Positions 47,254 to 55,324 of a DNA stretch of 64,000 bases are shown one piece after another. The DNA lies in the NCBI GenBank assembly GCA_937903325.1, contig CALCZR010000056.1, positions 451 to 64,450 of the forward strand. Reading direction: 5' to 3'. The notes beneath the pieces are model-generated. The model had not been told where the DNA came from. It saw nothing but the letters and a program-made list of their open reading frames with translations, and did not search any database. The translations under genes and the position numbers were made by a program. This stretch comes from an uncultured Candidatus Saccharibacteria bacterium (lineage in GTDB: Bacteria; Patescibacteriota; Saccharimonadia; Saccharimonadales; AWTP1-31). Numbering within the stretch: position 1 is the stretch's first letter; each line of letters begins with the position of its first letter.

Positions 47254-47976
47254 ATGGCTGACACTATTCCTATTCCTGCTGAAATTCTGGCTACTGATGT
47301 ACGACTAGGCGAGCCGGTACCTCTTCTTGATGGCCAGGTGTCTGCATATGGCGATCTTGATTTACTACAGCGTCTTGGTTTGACGAGCTTCACTCCCAGT
47401 ACCATTGCTTTTCGAGAGAAGGTTGAAAGACTTGCTGATCGTGATACTGCGGAATCACTTCACGATATGAACACGGGCGGCATGGTCGCGCGATACGGTG
47501 GCTTTGCAATTAAGTATTGTTGGGAAGCGCCTGCCATACAAGAGGGATTTATGTCCGAGGCTATGCGCCTTGGCCTAGCGGCTACTGAAGATGAAGTGGG
47601 TCATGGCATAACGGTACCCAAAATTGTAGCCTGTGTTTCTAGTCAGGATAGAGGGGTACTAGTCATGGGACATGTGCGAGGTCATCGACAAGTCGTGCAG
47701 TATGGACATGTGCTGAGCAATCGGTTTTTAAAGAATGGCAGTTTAAGGATACGGCTTTATCGAGATGCCCTCCGGGCGGTCGGACTTGCATGGCCGGCTG
47801 ATAATCTCGAAGTTACTGATTTTGATGACTACACCAAGAACACTCTTTGGCCTGCCAGCTTTTTCCCAGTTGGAGAAGGAGCTCTCCCGACAAGCAGTGT
47901 GCGCCTTGATTTCGGTATGATTGCCAAGCGCTTGCGTGAGCATTTAAGCCCACTGCTGCCAGGGCATACCGATTAA
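47254..47976 (+). CDS. Minimal protein-kinase-like protein (240 aa)
   Basis: GGFAIKY (beta3 Lys), SEAMRL (alphaC Glu), VLVMGHVRG (hinge-like), DFD-DYTK-N (D-x4-N catalytic loop) and RLDFG (DFG). The chain ends about 20 aa after DFG. Overlaps hisS convergently by 4 nt. Confidence 0.45.
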   Translation: MADTIPIPAEILATDVRLGEPVPLLDGQVSAYGDLDLLQRLGLTSFTPSTIAFREKVERLADRDTAESLHDMNTGGMVARYGGFAIKYCWEAPAIQEGFMSEAMRLGLAATEDEVGHGITVPKIVACVSSQDRGVLVMGHVRGHRQVVQYGHVLSNRFLKNGSLRIRLYRDALRAVGLAWPADNLEVTDFDDYTKNTLWPASFFPVGEGALPTSSVRLDFGMIAKRLREHLSPLLPGHTD

Positions 47977-49289
47977 TTAGTCTTTATATTTCTTTGAGCA
48001 AGGACGGTGCTCATTATCCGCTCTGGACTTAGGGTCTGCTCATTCTCGTTCTTGAGATCCTTCAAGTTATACTGACCACTTTCAATCTCTTGCTCGCCTA
48101 CAAACAGTACGTAGCGAATATCTTTCTTGAGTGCTGTCTTGATCTTGTTGGCAGGTTTACGATCAGTGTCATCTACGGCAACATTGAGGCCTTCGGCACG
48201 GAGTGTGCTAAGCAGTTTCTGGGCTTGGTTGTAGACATCTCCAATAAGAACGACATATAGCTCGGTTTCAGACTTGAGCGGCTGTGCAAGATTGTGTGAC
48301 TCCAAGAAGTTCTGTAGGGTCACGTCTCCCCAACCAAAGCCAGCCGTAGGGACTGGCTCTACGCCAAACAACCCAACTAGTCCGTTGTAGCGTCCGCCAC
48401 CCATCATGGAACGGTTGTTCTCTGGATCAGTATCGGCAATCTCAAAGACGATGCCGGTATAGTAGTCAAAGCCCCGCATGATCGTGATATCAAACTGAGC
48501 GTTTGTGACCGTAGACTCCTGTAGCATATCGAGAAGGCTTGCCAACTGTCGAGCAGGCTCAGATTCACGCACTTGTTCTGGTAGGTCGTCCAGCTTCTGA
48601 CACTTAAGTAGTTCAAGCAACTTCTCACTAGCCCCAGCGTCTCGTTGAGACGGCGTAAACATAGCATCGGCCTCTGCTACAAACACAGCATGTGGCATTT
48701 TCTCAATGCGGTCGATGAGCTTAGACAGAGTATAAGACTGCACGCTATCTAGACCGAGGTAGTCGTCCATGATGAAGTCCATGACCTGTCGACTATTAAT
48801 CCGGATTACATACATATCTCGCTTTGCCCCAAACTCTTTGAGGATTGAGTCGGCAACGAGAATGAGTTCATGTTCAGCGGCTAGCCCTTCGACACCAAAG
48901 ATATCGACATTGAGTTGCCAGTGCTCGCGTAATCGTCCTCGCTGTGGGCGTTCGTAGCGCCACAAGTTTGGAATGCTGTACCAGCGAACTGGATAGCCAA
49001 GCTCCTGACGCTTAGCGGCCACCATGCGACTGACACTTGGTGTCATCTCAGGACGGATTACTACTTGTCGCCCTCCACGGTCGGTGAAAGTGTAGGTCTG
49101 TTCGTTGACGATTTCCTCGCCCGATTTGGCGGCATAGAGGTCAAGGCTTTCCAGAATAGGAGCGTCATACTCTTCGTAGCCGAATCGTTCGACGACGCGG
49201 CGCATCGTGCTAAATAGATATTTTTGTCGGCGCTTGTCTTCTGGATAGAAGTCTCGAGCGCCTTTATAAGGTTGTGTAGATAAAGACAT
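47973..49289 (-). CDS. hisS: Histidine--tRNA ligase
   Basis: Class II motifs (RPEMTPS, RYERPQRGR, MRGFDYYTG, GGGRYNGL). 438 aa. Confidence 0.95.
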   Translation of the reverse strand: MSLSTQPYKGARDFYPEDKRRQKYLFSTMRRVVERFGYEEYDAPILESLDLYAAKSGEEIVNEQTYTFTDRGGRQVVIRPEMTPSVSRMVAAKRQELGYPVRWYSIPNLWRYERPQRGRLREHWQLNVDIFGVEGLAAEHELILVADSILKEFGAKRDMYVIRINSRQVMDFIMDDYLGLDSVQSYTLSKLIDRIEKMPHAVFVAEADAMFTPSQRDAGASEKLLELLKCQKLDDLPEQVRESEPARQLASLLDMLQESTVTNAQFDITIMRGFDYYTGIVFEIADTDPENNRSMMGGGRYNGLVGLFGVEPVPTAGFGWGDVTLQNFLESHNLAQPLKSETELYVVLIGDVYNQAQKLLSTLRAEGLNVAVDDTDRKPANKIKTALKKDIRYVLFVGEQEIESGQYNLKDLKNENEQTLSPERIMSTVLAQRNIKTN

Positions 49290-49319
49290 GATTCCTGCTT
49301 ATTATAACTTACTGTTACT

Positions 49320-49451
49320 AAAAAACGCCGAGCTAATCGGCGTTTTACATGTAATGAAAAGCAACCGATTAGTCCGGCAGTATATGGATATGACGTTGAA
49401 TAGCGGGAATTGACATGCCAGTAGTATAGCTACAGATTGAATTCTGTACAA
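49320..49451 (-). promoter_or_regulatory. hisS leader: promoter, 15-codon His-containing mini-ORF, and mutually exclusive antiterminator and terminator
   Basis: On the minus strand: TTGTAC, 17 nt, TATACT (49451-49423). ATG at 49416 opens MSIPAIQRHIHILPD-stop (to 49369). CTAATCGG (49372-49365) is complementary to CCGATTAG (49340-49333) inside the terminator AAAACGCCG-attagct-CGGCGTTTTTT (49346-49320). Confidence 0.45.
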
Positions 49452-49517
49452 ATAAAGCTTGCTTACGGTTACTCTTGGGAGCATAATGCAAAATAAGTAA
49501 TCTAAAAGGAGTTCGCA

Positions 49518-50216
49518 ATGAGTGAAGCCACTAGCCCAAAGCCAGTGAGTTCGTTTGACCTATTTTCTAAAAGCTGGGAGGCAGTACAACGCAACTTGGT
49601 TGTCTTTGCTATCCTGAGCGCCCCAACCTTAATTGGAACGGTACTTAGCCTCTTTATGTCTAATACCAACGAGCAATCCTTCACCAAAGCTACTGACTTC
49701 TTCGGAAATCAGTCAGGCCTGGCACTTGCTGGTCTAGCCGGTGGTGCAGTCGTCCTGACGATAGTACTGATGGTAGTGGGAGTGATCCTCCAAGCGCTTA
49801 TGTACATTGCACAGCTGCGTAGTGCAGAAGGCAAAACCATTACTTTAAGTGGCATATGGGAAGAAGCCAAAGGACAAATCCTCAAGCTCTTCGGTCTATC
49901 TATCGTTACGGGCATTATTACTGCCTTCAGCTTTATCTTGCTGATTATTCCTGGTTTTATCATGATGCGGCGCTACTTCTTGGCTCCATATCTCATGGTA
50001 GACAAGAAGCTCACTATCGGTGAGGCAATGGAACAAAGTGCAGCAATGAGCAAGCCATTCTCATGGTCAATCTACGGCATCATTGGGGTAACCTTCTTAA
50101 TTGGTCTTATTGGTATCGTTCCAGTAGTTGGTGGTATCGCAAGTACGCTCGCTGCTATTGCCTACTCAGTAGCACCGGCACTACGTTACCTTGAGCTCAA
50201 GAAAATGAGCGCGTAA
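49518..50216 (+). CDS. Integral membrane protein (about 5-6 TM helices, DUF975-like topology)
   Basis: AAGGAG SD. Multiple hydrophobic helices. No catalytic motif recognised. Confidence 0.6.
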   Translation: MSEATSPKPVSSFDLFSKSWEAVQRNLVVFAILSAPTLIGTVLSLFMSNTNEQSFTKATDFFGNQSGLALAGLAGGAVVLTIVLMVVGVILQALMYIAQLRSAEGKTITLSGIWEEAKGQILKLFGLSIVTGIITAFSFILLIIPGFIMMRRYFLAPYLMVDKKLTIGEAMEQSAAMSKPFSWSIYGIIGVTFLIGLIGIVPVVGGIASTLAAIAYSVAPALRYLELKKMSA

Positions 50217-50240
50217 GTAACAACTAAGTCAAAAGCTACA

Positions 50241-50275
50241 AATAAGGCCCGGAACAACTGGGTCTTATTTAATAA
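50241..50275 (+). terminator. Weak hairpin after the membrane protein gene
   Basis: aataaggccc-ggaacaact-gggtcttatt (one G-U pair) with a poor T run. Confidence 0.3.
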
Positions 50276-50440
50276 CCATACTTATCGATAGAGCTTGCCT
50301 TGTAGCGACCCGACTCCAATGGATTACGGGGCTACGCTATTCGTGATGATCACCTTCAGGCTACCCGCACTGCACTCGACAGGCTATAGCGAGAACACGG
50401 CCGGCTTCCAGTAGTTTCAACCCCTTACTTCAATAGATAC

Positions 50441-50469
50441 TTGACAAAGCAAGTGATAATCCTTAGATA
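50441..50469 (+). promoter_or_regulatory. Promoter-like element with no obvious downstream gene
   Basis: TTGACA, 17 nt, TAGATA on the + strand. The only thing downstream is about 100 nt of non-coding sequence ending at the hairpin at 50552-50579. Confidence 0.3.
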
Positions 50470-50544
50470 TGATTCTACAATCCGTTCAAGTTAACCGTCG
50501 ACATTACTCACGTACTCACGGATATGAAGACCCTAGGGGCATTG

Positions 50545-50583
50545 ACAAAACAAAAGCCCTACAAATTTGTTGGGCTTTTTATC
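50545..50583. terminator. Bidirectional hairpin terminator next to tRNA-Leu
   Basis: aaaagccc-t-acaaatttgt-t-gggctttt, with T runs on both strands. It directly follows the 3' end of tRNA-Leu on the minus strand. Confidence 0.6.
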
Positions 50584-50668
50584 TGGTGCGCGAGAAAGGA
50601 CTTGAACCTTCACGCCTTGCGGCACTAGCTCCTAAGGCTAGCGTGTCTACCAATTCCACCACTCGCGC
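50584..50668 (-). tRNA. tRNA-Leu (anticodon TAG), long variable arm, CCA encoded
   Basis: Reverse complement GCGCGAGTGGTGGAATTGGTAGACACGCTAGCCTTAGGAGCTAGTGCCGCAAGGCGTGAAGGTTCAAGTCCTTTCTCGCGCACCA, with anticodon loop CTTAGGA. Confidence 0.9.
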
Positions 50669-50722
50669 AGAATGGGAACGTAACAGATGACATTCTAAGT
50701 TATTTTCGTCTAAAAAGCTAGC

Positions 50723-51148
50723 CTATTTACGCTTCTTGCTTTTCTTCTGTGGTTTTTGGAAGTCTCTGAACTCACCATATACCCACCACGCTACAATGGT
50801 TAACAACACCAGAGGCAGCCAAACCGGCAGAAATACAATATACATACTAAACTGCAAAGCTCTCTCGAAGCGGACAATATCGTTGGCTTTGGACTGACTA
50901 CAAGCAAACGAACTCACGTCCCCTTTGGAAGTTTCTTGGAATGCTTTGATCTGTGCGGCGTTGTTGTAGTCAACCTGGTAGACGGCAAAGAATGGTGAAT
51001 CTCGTTCGATGGCCCACACGGTACTATGACAAGTTTTTTTTGCATCGAGCACGGTGTCTGACACAGTCGCGTATGTTTTATTGACAAAGAGAATAGCGGA
51101 TACAAGTATAACGAGAGCGGTAATGCCTGCTATTCGTCGTGTACGCAT
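50723..51148 (-). CDS. Membrane protein (141 aa, N- and C-terminal TM helices, Lys-rich tail)
   Basis: Start trimmed to ATG 51148 (MRTRRIAGITALVILVSAILFV) because the longer ORF overlaps rsmD. C-terminal helix plus QKPQKKSKKRK. Confidence 0.5.
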   Translation of the reverse strand: MRTRRIAGITALVILVSAILFVNKTYATVSDTVLDAKKTCHSTVWAIERDSPFFAVYQVDYNNAAQIKAFQETSKGDVSSFACSQSKANDIVRFERALQFSMYIVFLPVWLPLVLLTIVAWWVYGEFRDFQKPQKKSKKRK

Positions 51149-51167
51149 AACTAGTAACAGTATAGCA

Positions 51168-51704
51168 CTAGGCAACGCGGCGGTAGAATGCCAGCGTGGC
51201 GTCGCCATATTCCTTGCGAGTAAGGAGTTCAAACTTCTCTTTAGGCAAGCGTATATCTCCATGCGGCGGTAATGACAAGACCATAAGCCCACCCTCACGG
51301 GTGTGCTTGGCAAGCTTCTCGATAACGGTTTCTTGGAGCTGGTTGTACGGTGGGTCACAGAATACTAGGTCAAAGCGTTCTGTATTGTTACGGTACGACC
51401 AAGACCGGGCATTTATATGCACCAGTAACGTCTTATTTTCTACTTCTAGCCGTGAGATGTTCTTAGCTATTACATCGTAAGCATCTCGGTCAATTTCGAG
51501 GATCGTGGCATGCTTGGCGCCCCGACTTAATGCTTCAAAAGACAGTGCCCCACTCCCGGCAAAAGCATCTAAAACATTTAAGCCCTTAATGTCCCCGAGG
51601 GTGTTAAACAGAGCTGTGCGGACTCTTTCTCCCATGGGATGTGTGGCAAAGCCTTTTGGAGCGTCAAACTGTCGGCTACCTAATCGGCCCGCTACAATGC
51701 GCAT
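51168..51704 (-). CDS. rsmD: 16S rRNA (guanine966-N2)-methyltransferase RsmD
   Basis: MRIVAGRLGSRQF...HPMGERVRTALFN...LDAFAGSGALSFEALSRGA...FCDPPY is typical of RsmD. Confidence 0.85.
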   Translation of the reverse strand: MRIVAGRLGSRQFDAPKGFATHPMGERVRTALFNTLGDIKGLNVLDAFAGSGALSFEALSRGAKHATILEIDRDAYDVIAKNISRLEVENKTLLVHINARSWSYRNNTERFDLVFCDPPYNQLQETVIEKLAKHTREGGLMVLSLPPHGDIRLPKEKFELLTRKEYGDATLAFYRRVA

Positions 51705-51707
51705 CTG

Positions 51708-52523
51708 CTACGACTTCTTCCTAGATTCAAGCAGTGCACAGTACCACGCCAGAGATACAGTCTTGATAATGCTTGGCAATAGCTTCTTGCGGATATCCAG
51801 TGACAACTTGGTAGTCCAGCCTTTTTCGTAGTAACGGTGGTAGAGATCTAATACGGCAATCTCTCGGGCAGTTTGTTTGAAGTAGTCCCTAATTCCGAGT
51901 TCCTGCATACGGGCAACATCTTCACGACTCGGCTGGCTTTCAGTAAAGCTTAGAGGAGCAATAAGGGCGGCAATGCCAATTTCAAACAGGCCGTGGGTAG
52001 TCATAAGGCCTTTTGGTCCCCACATTTTCCAGTTGTTCTTTACCTGCTCCCGTCTAGTATCTCCCGGTAGTACTAACTTTTCCTTGATGCTGGTGCGGGT
52101 TTCGACGCCTTCCCCACCCCGGAGTTCGTTGAGTTTTTCTTCGTATGGGTAGTGGTGAGCTGGCGTTAGACCGTCCACAATGGCGTGCGCCAACCAGGCG
52201 GCTTCAAAAGCAGTACGTTCTTGCTCCCCTTCTGCGAGTGCTGCTACGAGTACGTCGTAGTGGGCACCAATAAGGTCGATTAATGCAGTATCTTCGTCGT
52301 CAAAAGGATTGAAGTAGTGCCATGGCTCATTGACAGCCGGGCTTTTACGTTTAATGCCGTCAGGGCCGTTCTTGCCTTCGAAGTGCAGAATGCGCTTGCT
52401 GGTTGGAAAAGCAGTGTTCTTTACACCAAGAATACGGAGATTCTTACGAGCGACTCGATCAATCTTTTGGTGGGCGCCAATGACTCGACCGGACTTAACG
52501 GTAAGGGTTGTCCCAGAGTACAT
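51708..52523 (-). CDS. Zinc-dependent phospholipase C / P1-nuclease-superfamily-like protein (tentative)
   Basis: AWLAHAIVDGLTPAHH resembles the H..D...P.H zinc-ligand motif of that superfamily. An N-terminal His (GAHQKIDRVA) is also present. No signal peptide. Confidence 0.35.
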   Translation of the reverse strand: MYSGTTLTVKSGRVIGAHQKIDRVARKNLRILGVKNTAFPTSKRILHFEGKNGPDGIKRKSPAVNEPWHYFNPFDDEDTALIDLIGAHYDVLVAALAEGEQERTAFEAAWLAHAIVDGLTPAHHYPYEEKLNELRGGEGVETRTSIKEKLVLPGDTRREQVKNNWKMWGPKGLMTTHGLFEIGIAALIAPLSFTESQPSREDVARMQELGIRDYFKQTAREIAVLDLYHRYYEKGWTTKLSLDIRKKLLPSIIKTVSLAWYCALLESRKKS

Positions 52524-52566
52524 TACGTGGCTCTCTGTTTTTGCATATATTAAATGGTATGTGTTC

Positions 52567-54606
52567 TTAGTTTAGGGTGGTTATGGCTCGCAATTTAGAA
52601 ACTCGGGCCGCCAGATACTTATATTGTACCAGGCTTTCGTGCTTATCGATAAACTGCTTAGCACTGTTACGTGCCAGCGACACTAGTTTAGTATCGGAAA
52701 GCTTAGCAATACGCAGATCTAATTGGCCGTGCTGCAGGGTGCCATATATAGCTCCCGGTCCACGTAACTCAAGATCTAGCTCGCTTAAGCGGAAGCCGTC
52801 GCTGGTCTGGGCAAAAGCTCGTAGACGCTTCGTTGGTGCCTTGGAATCCGTTAGTACTGGGTAGCAGTAGCCCTGGTGCGAACTTCGTCCGACACGACCC
52901 CGCAGCTGGTGCAACTGTGCTAGCCCAAATCGGTCGGCGTTCTGGATGACCATAACGGTGGCATTAGGCACGTCTACGCCCACTTCAATGACCGTGGTAC
53001 TTACTAGAATGTCATATTTCTTTTCGATGAAGTCTTGCATGACTTTAGCTTTTTCATCGCCCTTCATCTTGCCGTGCAGTAACCCTACGGATCGGTGCTT
53101 GAACGCACCCCTAGATAGATCGGTAAATGTTTTCTCGGCAGACTTTATCCCCTTGAGTACGAACGATTCGGCAACAAGTGGACAGACTACAAAGACTTGT
53201 CGACCCTGGGTAATCTGGGCATCCACTTTCTTGTAGAGCGTAGCTACCGAATTTGGTGATACAAGTTCAGTGACAATCTGCAGTCTGTTACTCGGCTTAC
53301 TAGCTACAACTGAGATGTCTAGCTCGCCATATAGAGTAAGCGCTAGGCTGCGCGGAATGGGTGTCGCTGTCATGGACAATACGTGTGGCATATGCCCGGC
53401 TTTGACTTGCAGTTTCTTACGTTGTTCGACACCAAAGCGGTGTTGTTCGTCGATAATAACGAGCCCCAATTTGTGGGTGCCTACTTTATCCTGGATGAGT
53501 GCATGGGTACCTACTACTAAGCGGACTTCCCCGCTCCTAAGCCGGCCCCGCACTGCATCTTTCTGTTTTGGTTTCATACTACCAACCAGCAGCGCCACTT
53601 GGTTCTCGTAGCCCAGCGGCCGCAATAGGTTATATATAGTTTCGGCGTGCTGTCGAGCCAGAAGTTCAGTAGGTGCCATAAAGGTAACTTGGTAACCCTG
53701 CTCCATAGCCATAAGAGCAGCCATTGTGGCAACAACAGTCTTACCAGAACCAACGTCTCCCTCTACCAGACGGTTCATGGGTTCTTTACGCTGCATATCC
53801 TGGTACAACTGCCAGATAACTCGACGCTGGTCGTCCGTTAAGGTAAATGGCAGATGGCTCACAAAATCTTTGGCTAGCTTTTCCTTAAACGGTACCGACA
53901 AAGCCGTTTCAGTACCCAGTTCCTGCTTGGTGAGTAGTGCGCTGAGCGTTAGTCCGAACACTTCCTCGAAGCCCAGGCGCTTGCGGGCCGCTTCGAGAAT
54001 CTCGGGTGTATCCGGAAAGTGGAGGCCCAATATGGCGCTACTGCGGCTAATGAGCTTCTGTTCTGCTATTAACCAGTCGGGTAGGGTCTCAGGTAGTTTA
54101 CTAATTAAAGGGGCTATCTCACGAATAGCCTTACGGATTTGAGTGGACTTGAGTCCTTTTGTTTCGGAGTAGATAGGTACGATCCGGGCAGTATTAACTG
54201 GAAAGTTACTTTCCTGCTCGGTGCTGGGGTTCATAATGGCCATGCGCTGGTGACTGAGCTCAAAGTTACCCGAAATGAAATAGCTCTGACCTGCTTTCAT
54301 ACCATTGGCCCGATATGGTTGGTTGAACCATACCAGGCGCACACTGCCAGTATCGTCACTGGCCACTGCTTCCGTTACATGCATACCCCGTCGCACATAT
54401 CGCCCAGTAAGCTGCTTGATGCTAGCTTGAATGGTAACCATGCCAGGCTTCAGAGCCTTAATAGGTGTAATTTCTGAATAGTCGTCGTATTTACGAGGGT
54501 AGTAGTCGATAAGGTCACCGACAGTAAAGATATTCAGTTGTTCAAATACTGAAGCGCCAGCCGGGCCAATACCCTTTACCTCCGTTAACGGGCTCGATAG
54601 AGTCAT
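52567..54606 (-). CDS. recG: ATP-dependent DNA helicase RecG
   Basis: N-terminal wedge domain, GDVGSGKT, DEQHRFG and QLRGRVGR helicase motifs. 679 aa. Confidence 0.95.
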   Translation of the reverse strand: MTLSSPLTEVKGIGPAGASVFEQLNIFTVGDLIDYYPRKYDDYSEITPIKALKPGMVTIQASIKQLTGRYVRRGMHVTEAVASDDTGSVRLVWFNQPYRANGMKAGQSYFISGNFELSHQRMAIMNPSTEQESNFPVNTARIVPIYSETKGLKSTQIRKAIREIAPLISKLPETLPDWLIAEQKLISRSSAILGLHFPDTPEILEAARKRLGFEEVFGLTLSALLTKQELGTETALSVPFKEKLAKDFVSHLPFTLTDDQRRVIWQLYQDMQRKEPMNRLVEGDVGSGKTVVATMAALMAMEQGYQVTFMAPTELLARQHAETIYNLLRPLGYENQVALLVGSMKPKQKDAVRGRLRSGEVRLVVGTHALIQDKVGTHKLGLVIIDEQHRFGVEQRKKLQVKAGHMPHVLSMTATPIPRSLALTLYGELDISVVASKPSNRLQIVTELVSPNSVATLYKKVDAQITQGRQVFVVCPLVAESFVLKGIKSAEKTFTDLSRGAFKHRSVGLLHGKMKGDEKAKVMQDFIEKKYDILVSTTVIEVGVDVPNATVMVIQNADRFGLAQLHQLRGRVGRSSHQGYCYPVLTDSKAPTKRLRAFAQTSDGFRLSELDLELRGPGAIYGTLQHGQLDLRIAKLSDTKLVSLARNSAKQFIDKHESLVQYKYLAARVSKLRAITTLN

Positions 54607-54713
54607 GGAGCTACTATATCATCATCTTTCGCTGTAAAAATGAATAGTTGTTGTAATGTAATTAGTAACATTACATAATGACTCTAATCGTTATGTGAGT
54701 AAGGAGGTCTGAT

Positions 54714-55295
54714 ATGGAAATACCTGGAGCTGAAGTAGATAGAGCAATGAATGAGGGCGGGTTTACGCAGGCAATTTTGGAGTTACACCAAAGGTCTGAG
54801 CAGATTATTGAACGACAACGAAATGAAGCTGAACATCGTAAGGAGGTACTCGAGAATAATAGAGTCGCTGCTCGTGTCGTTAGCTGGGCCGACTCACATA
54901 TGGGCCAAACAAATAGAGGCCAATCACGAACGCTCTTTGTCGAAGGTGCGGGTGCTGATAGGCTAGTATGTGCGCTTCACTTGCCATACGCGCTTGACGT
55001 AAGTCGTATGTGTCTAATGATACGTAGAGGACTGACAGAGCGTGAGGATGGACTTAGCTATGCCGAGGGTGTTCTAGGGTGGCAGGTGCCTGGTGCTGAA
55101 GTAAGAGCCGCTCCAACACCAGAGACTATACTGGAGTTTACTGCAACACGACTTTTTGATTACCTCCGAGCACCACGAGATGAGACGGGCCTATATCTAG
55201 CCGACCATCAGCCTGTTTCCCTAGGTTCACCGGAGCATGTTCTTATTACGACTGCTGTTCCAGTATTTGTAGACTTAGGTAGGCAGAAGGCGTAA
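54714..55295 (+). CDS. Hypothetical protein (193 aa)
   Basis: Strong SD (TAAGGAGG, 7 nt before the ATG). No motif recognised. Confidence 0.55.
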   Translation: MEIPGAEVDRAMNEGGFTQAILELHQRSEQIIERQRNEAEHRKEVLENNRVAARVVSWADSHMGQTNRGQSRTLFVEGAGADRLVCALHLPYALDVSRMCLMIRRGLTEREDGLSYAEGVLGWQVPGAEVRAAPTPETILEFTATRLFDYLRAPRDETGLYLADHQPVSLGSPEHVLITTAVPVFVDLGRQKA

Positions 55296-55324
55296 GTAAG
55301 CAACGCCGACTGGAATATCCTGCA

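Noticed and set aside
49290-49517. T-box riboswitch upstream of hisS
   Set aside because: The leader is only about 130 nt. It has no AGGGUGGNACCGCG-type T-box sequence and no Stem I or specifier-loop features. An attenuator model fits the visible elements better.
50217-50583. SRP RNA, RNase P RNA, tmRNA or 6S RNA in the long non-coding stretch
   Set aside because: I could not find the diagnostic motifs on either strand: GGAAAGUCC for RNase P, GGAA tetraloop with AGCA for SRP domain IV, or a tRNA-like acceptor with CCA for tmRNA. GAGAACACGGCCGGCUU has only loose resemblance to RNase P CR-V, and there is not enough non-coding sequence upstream for a full RNase P RNA.
50469-50690. 73-aa + strand ORF
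   Set aside because: It reads straight through the antisense of tRNA-Leu and the terminator hairpin, so it is spurious.
50723-51358. Full 211-aa version of the membrane-protein ORF
   Set aside because: Its 5' 190 nt overlap the 3' end of rsmD in another frame. An internal ATG at 51148, 20 nt after the rsmD stop, gives a sensible N-terminal TM helix.
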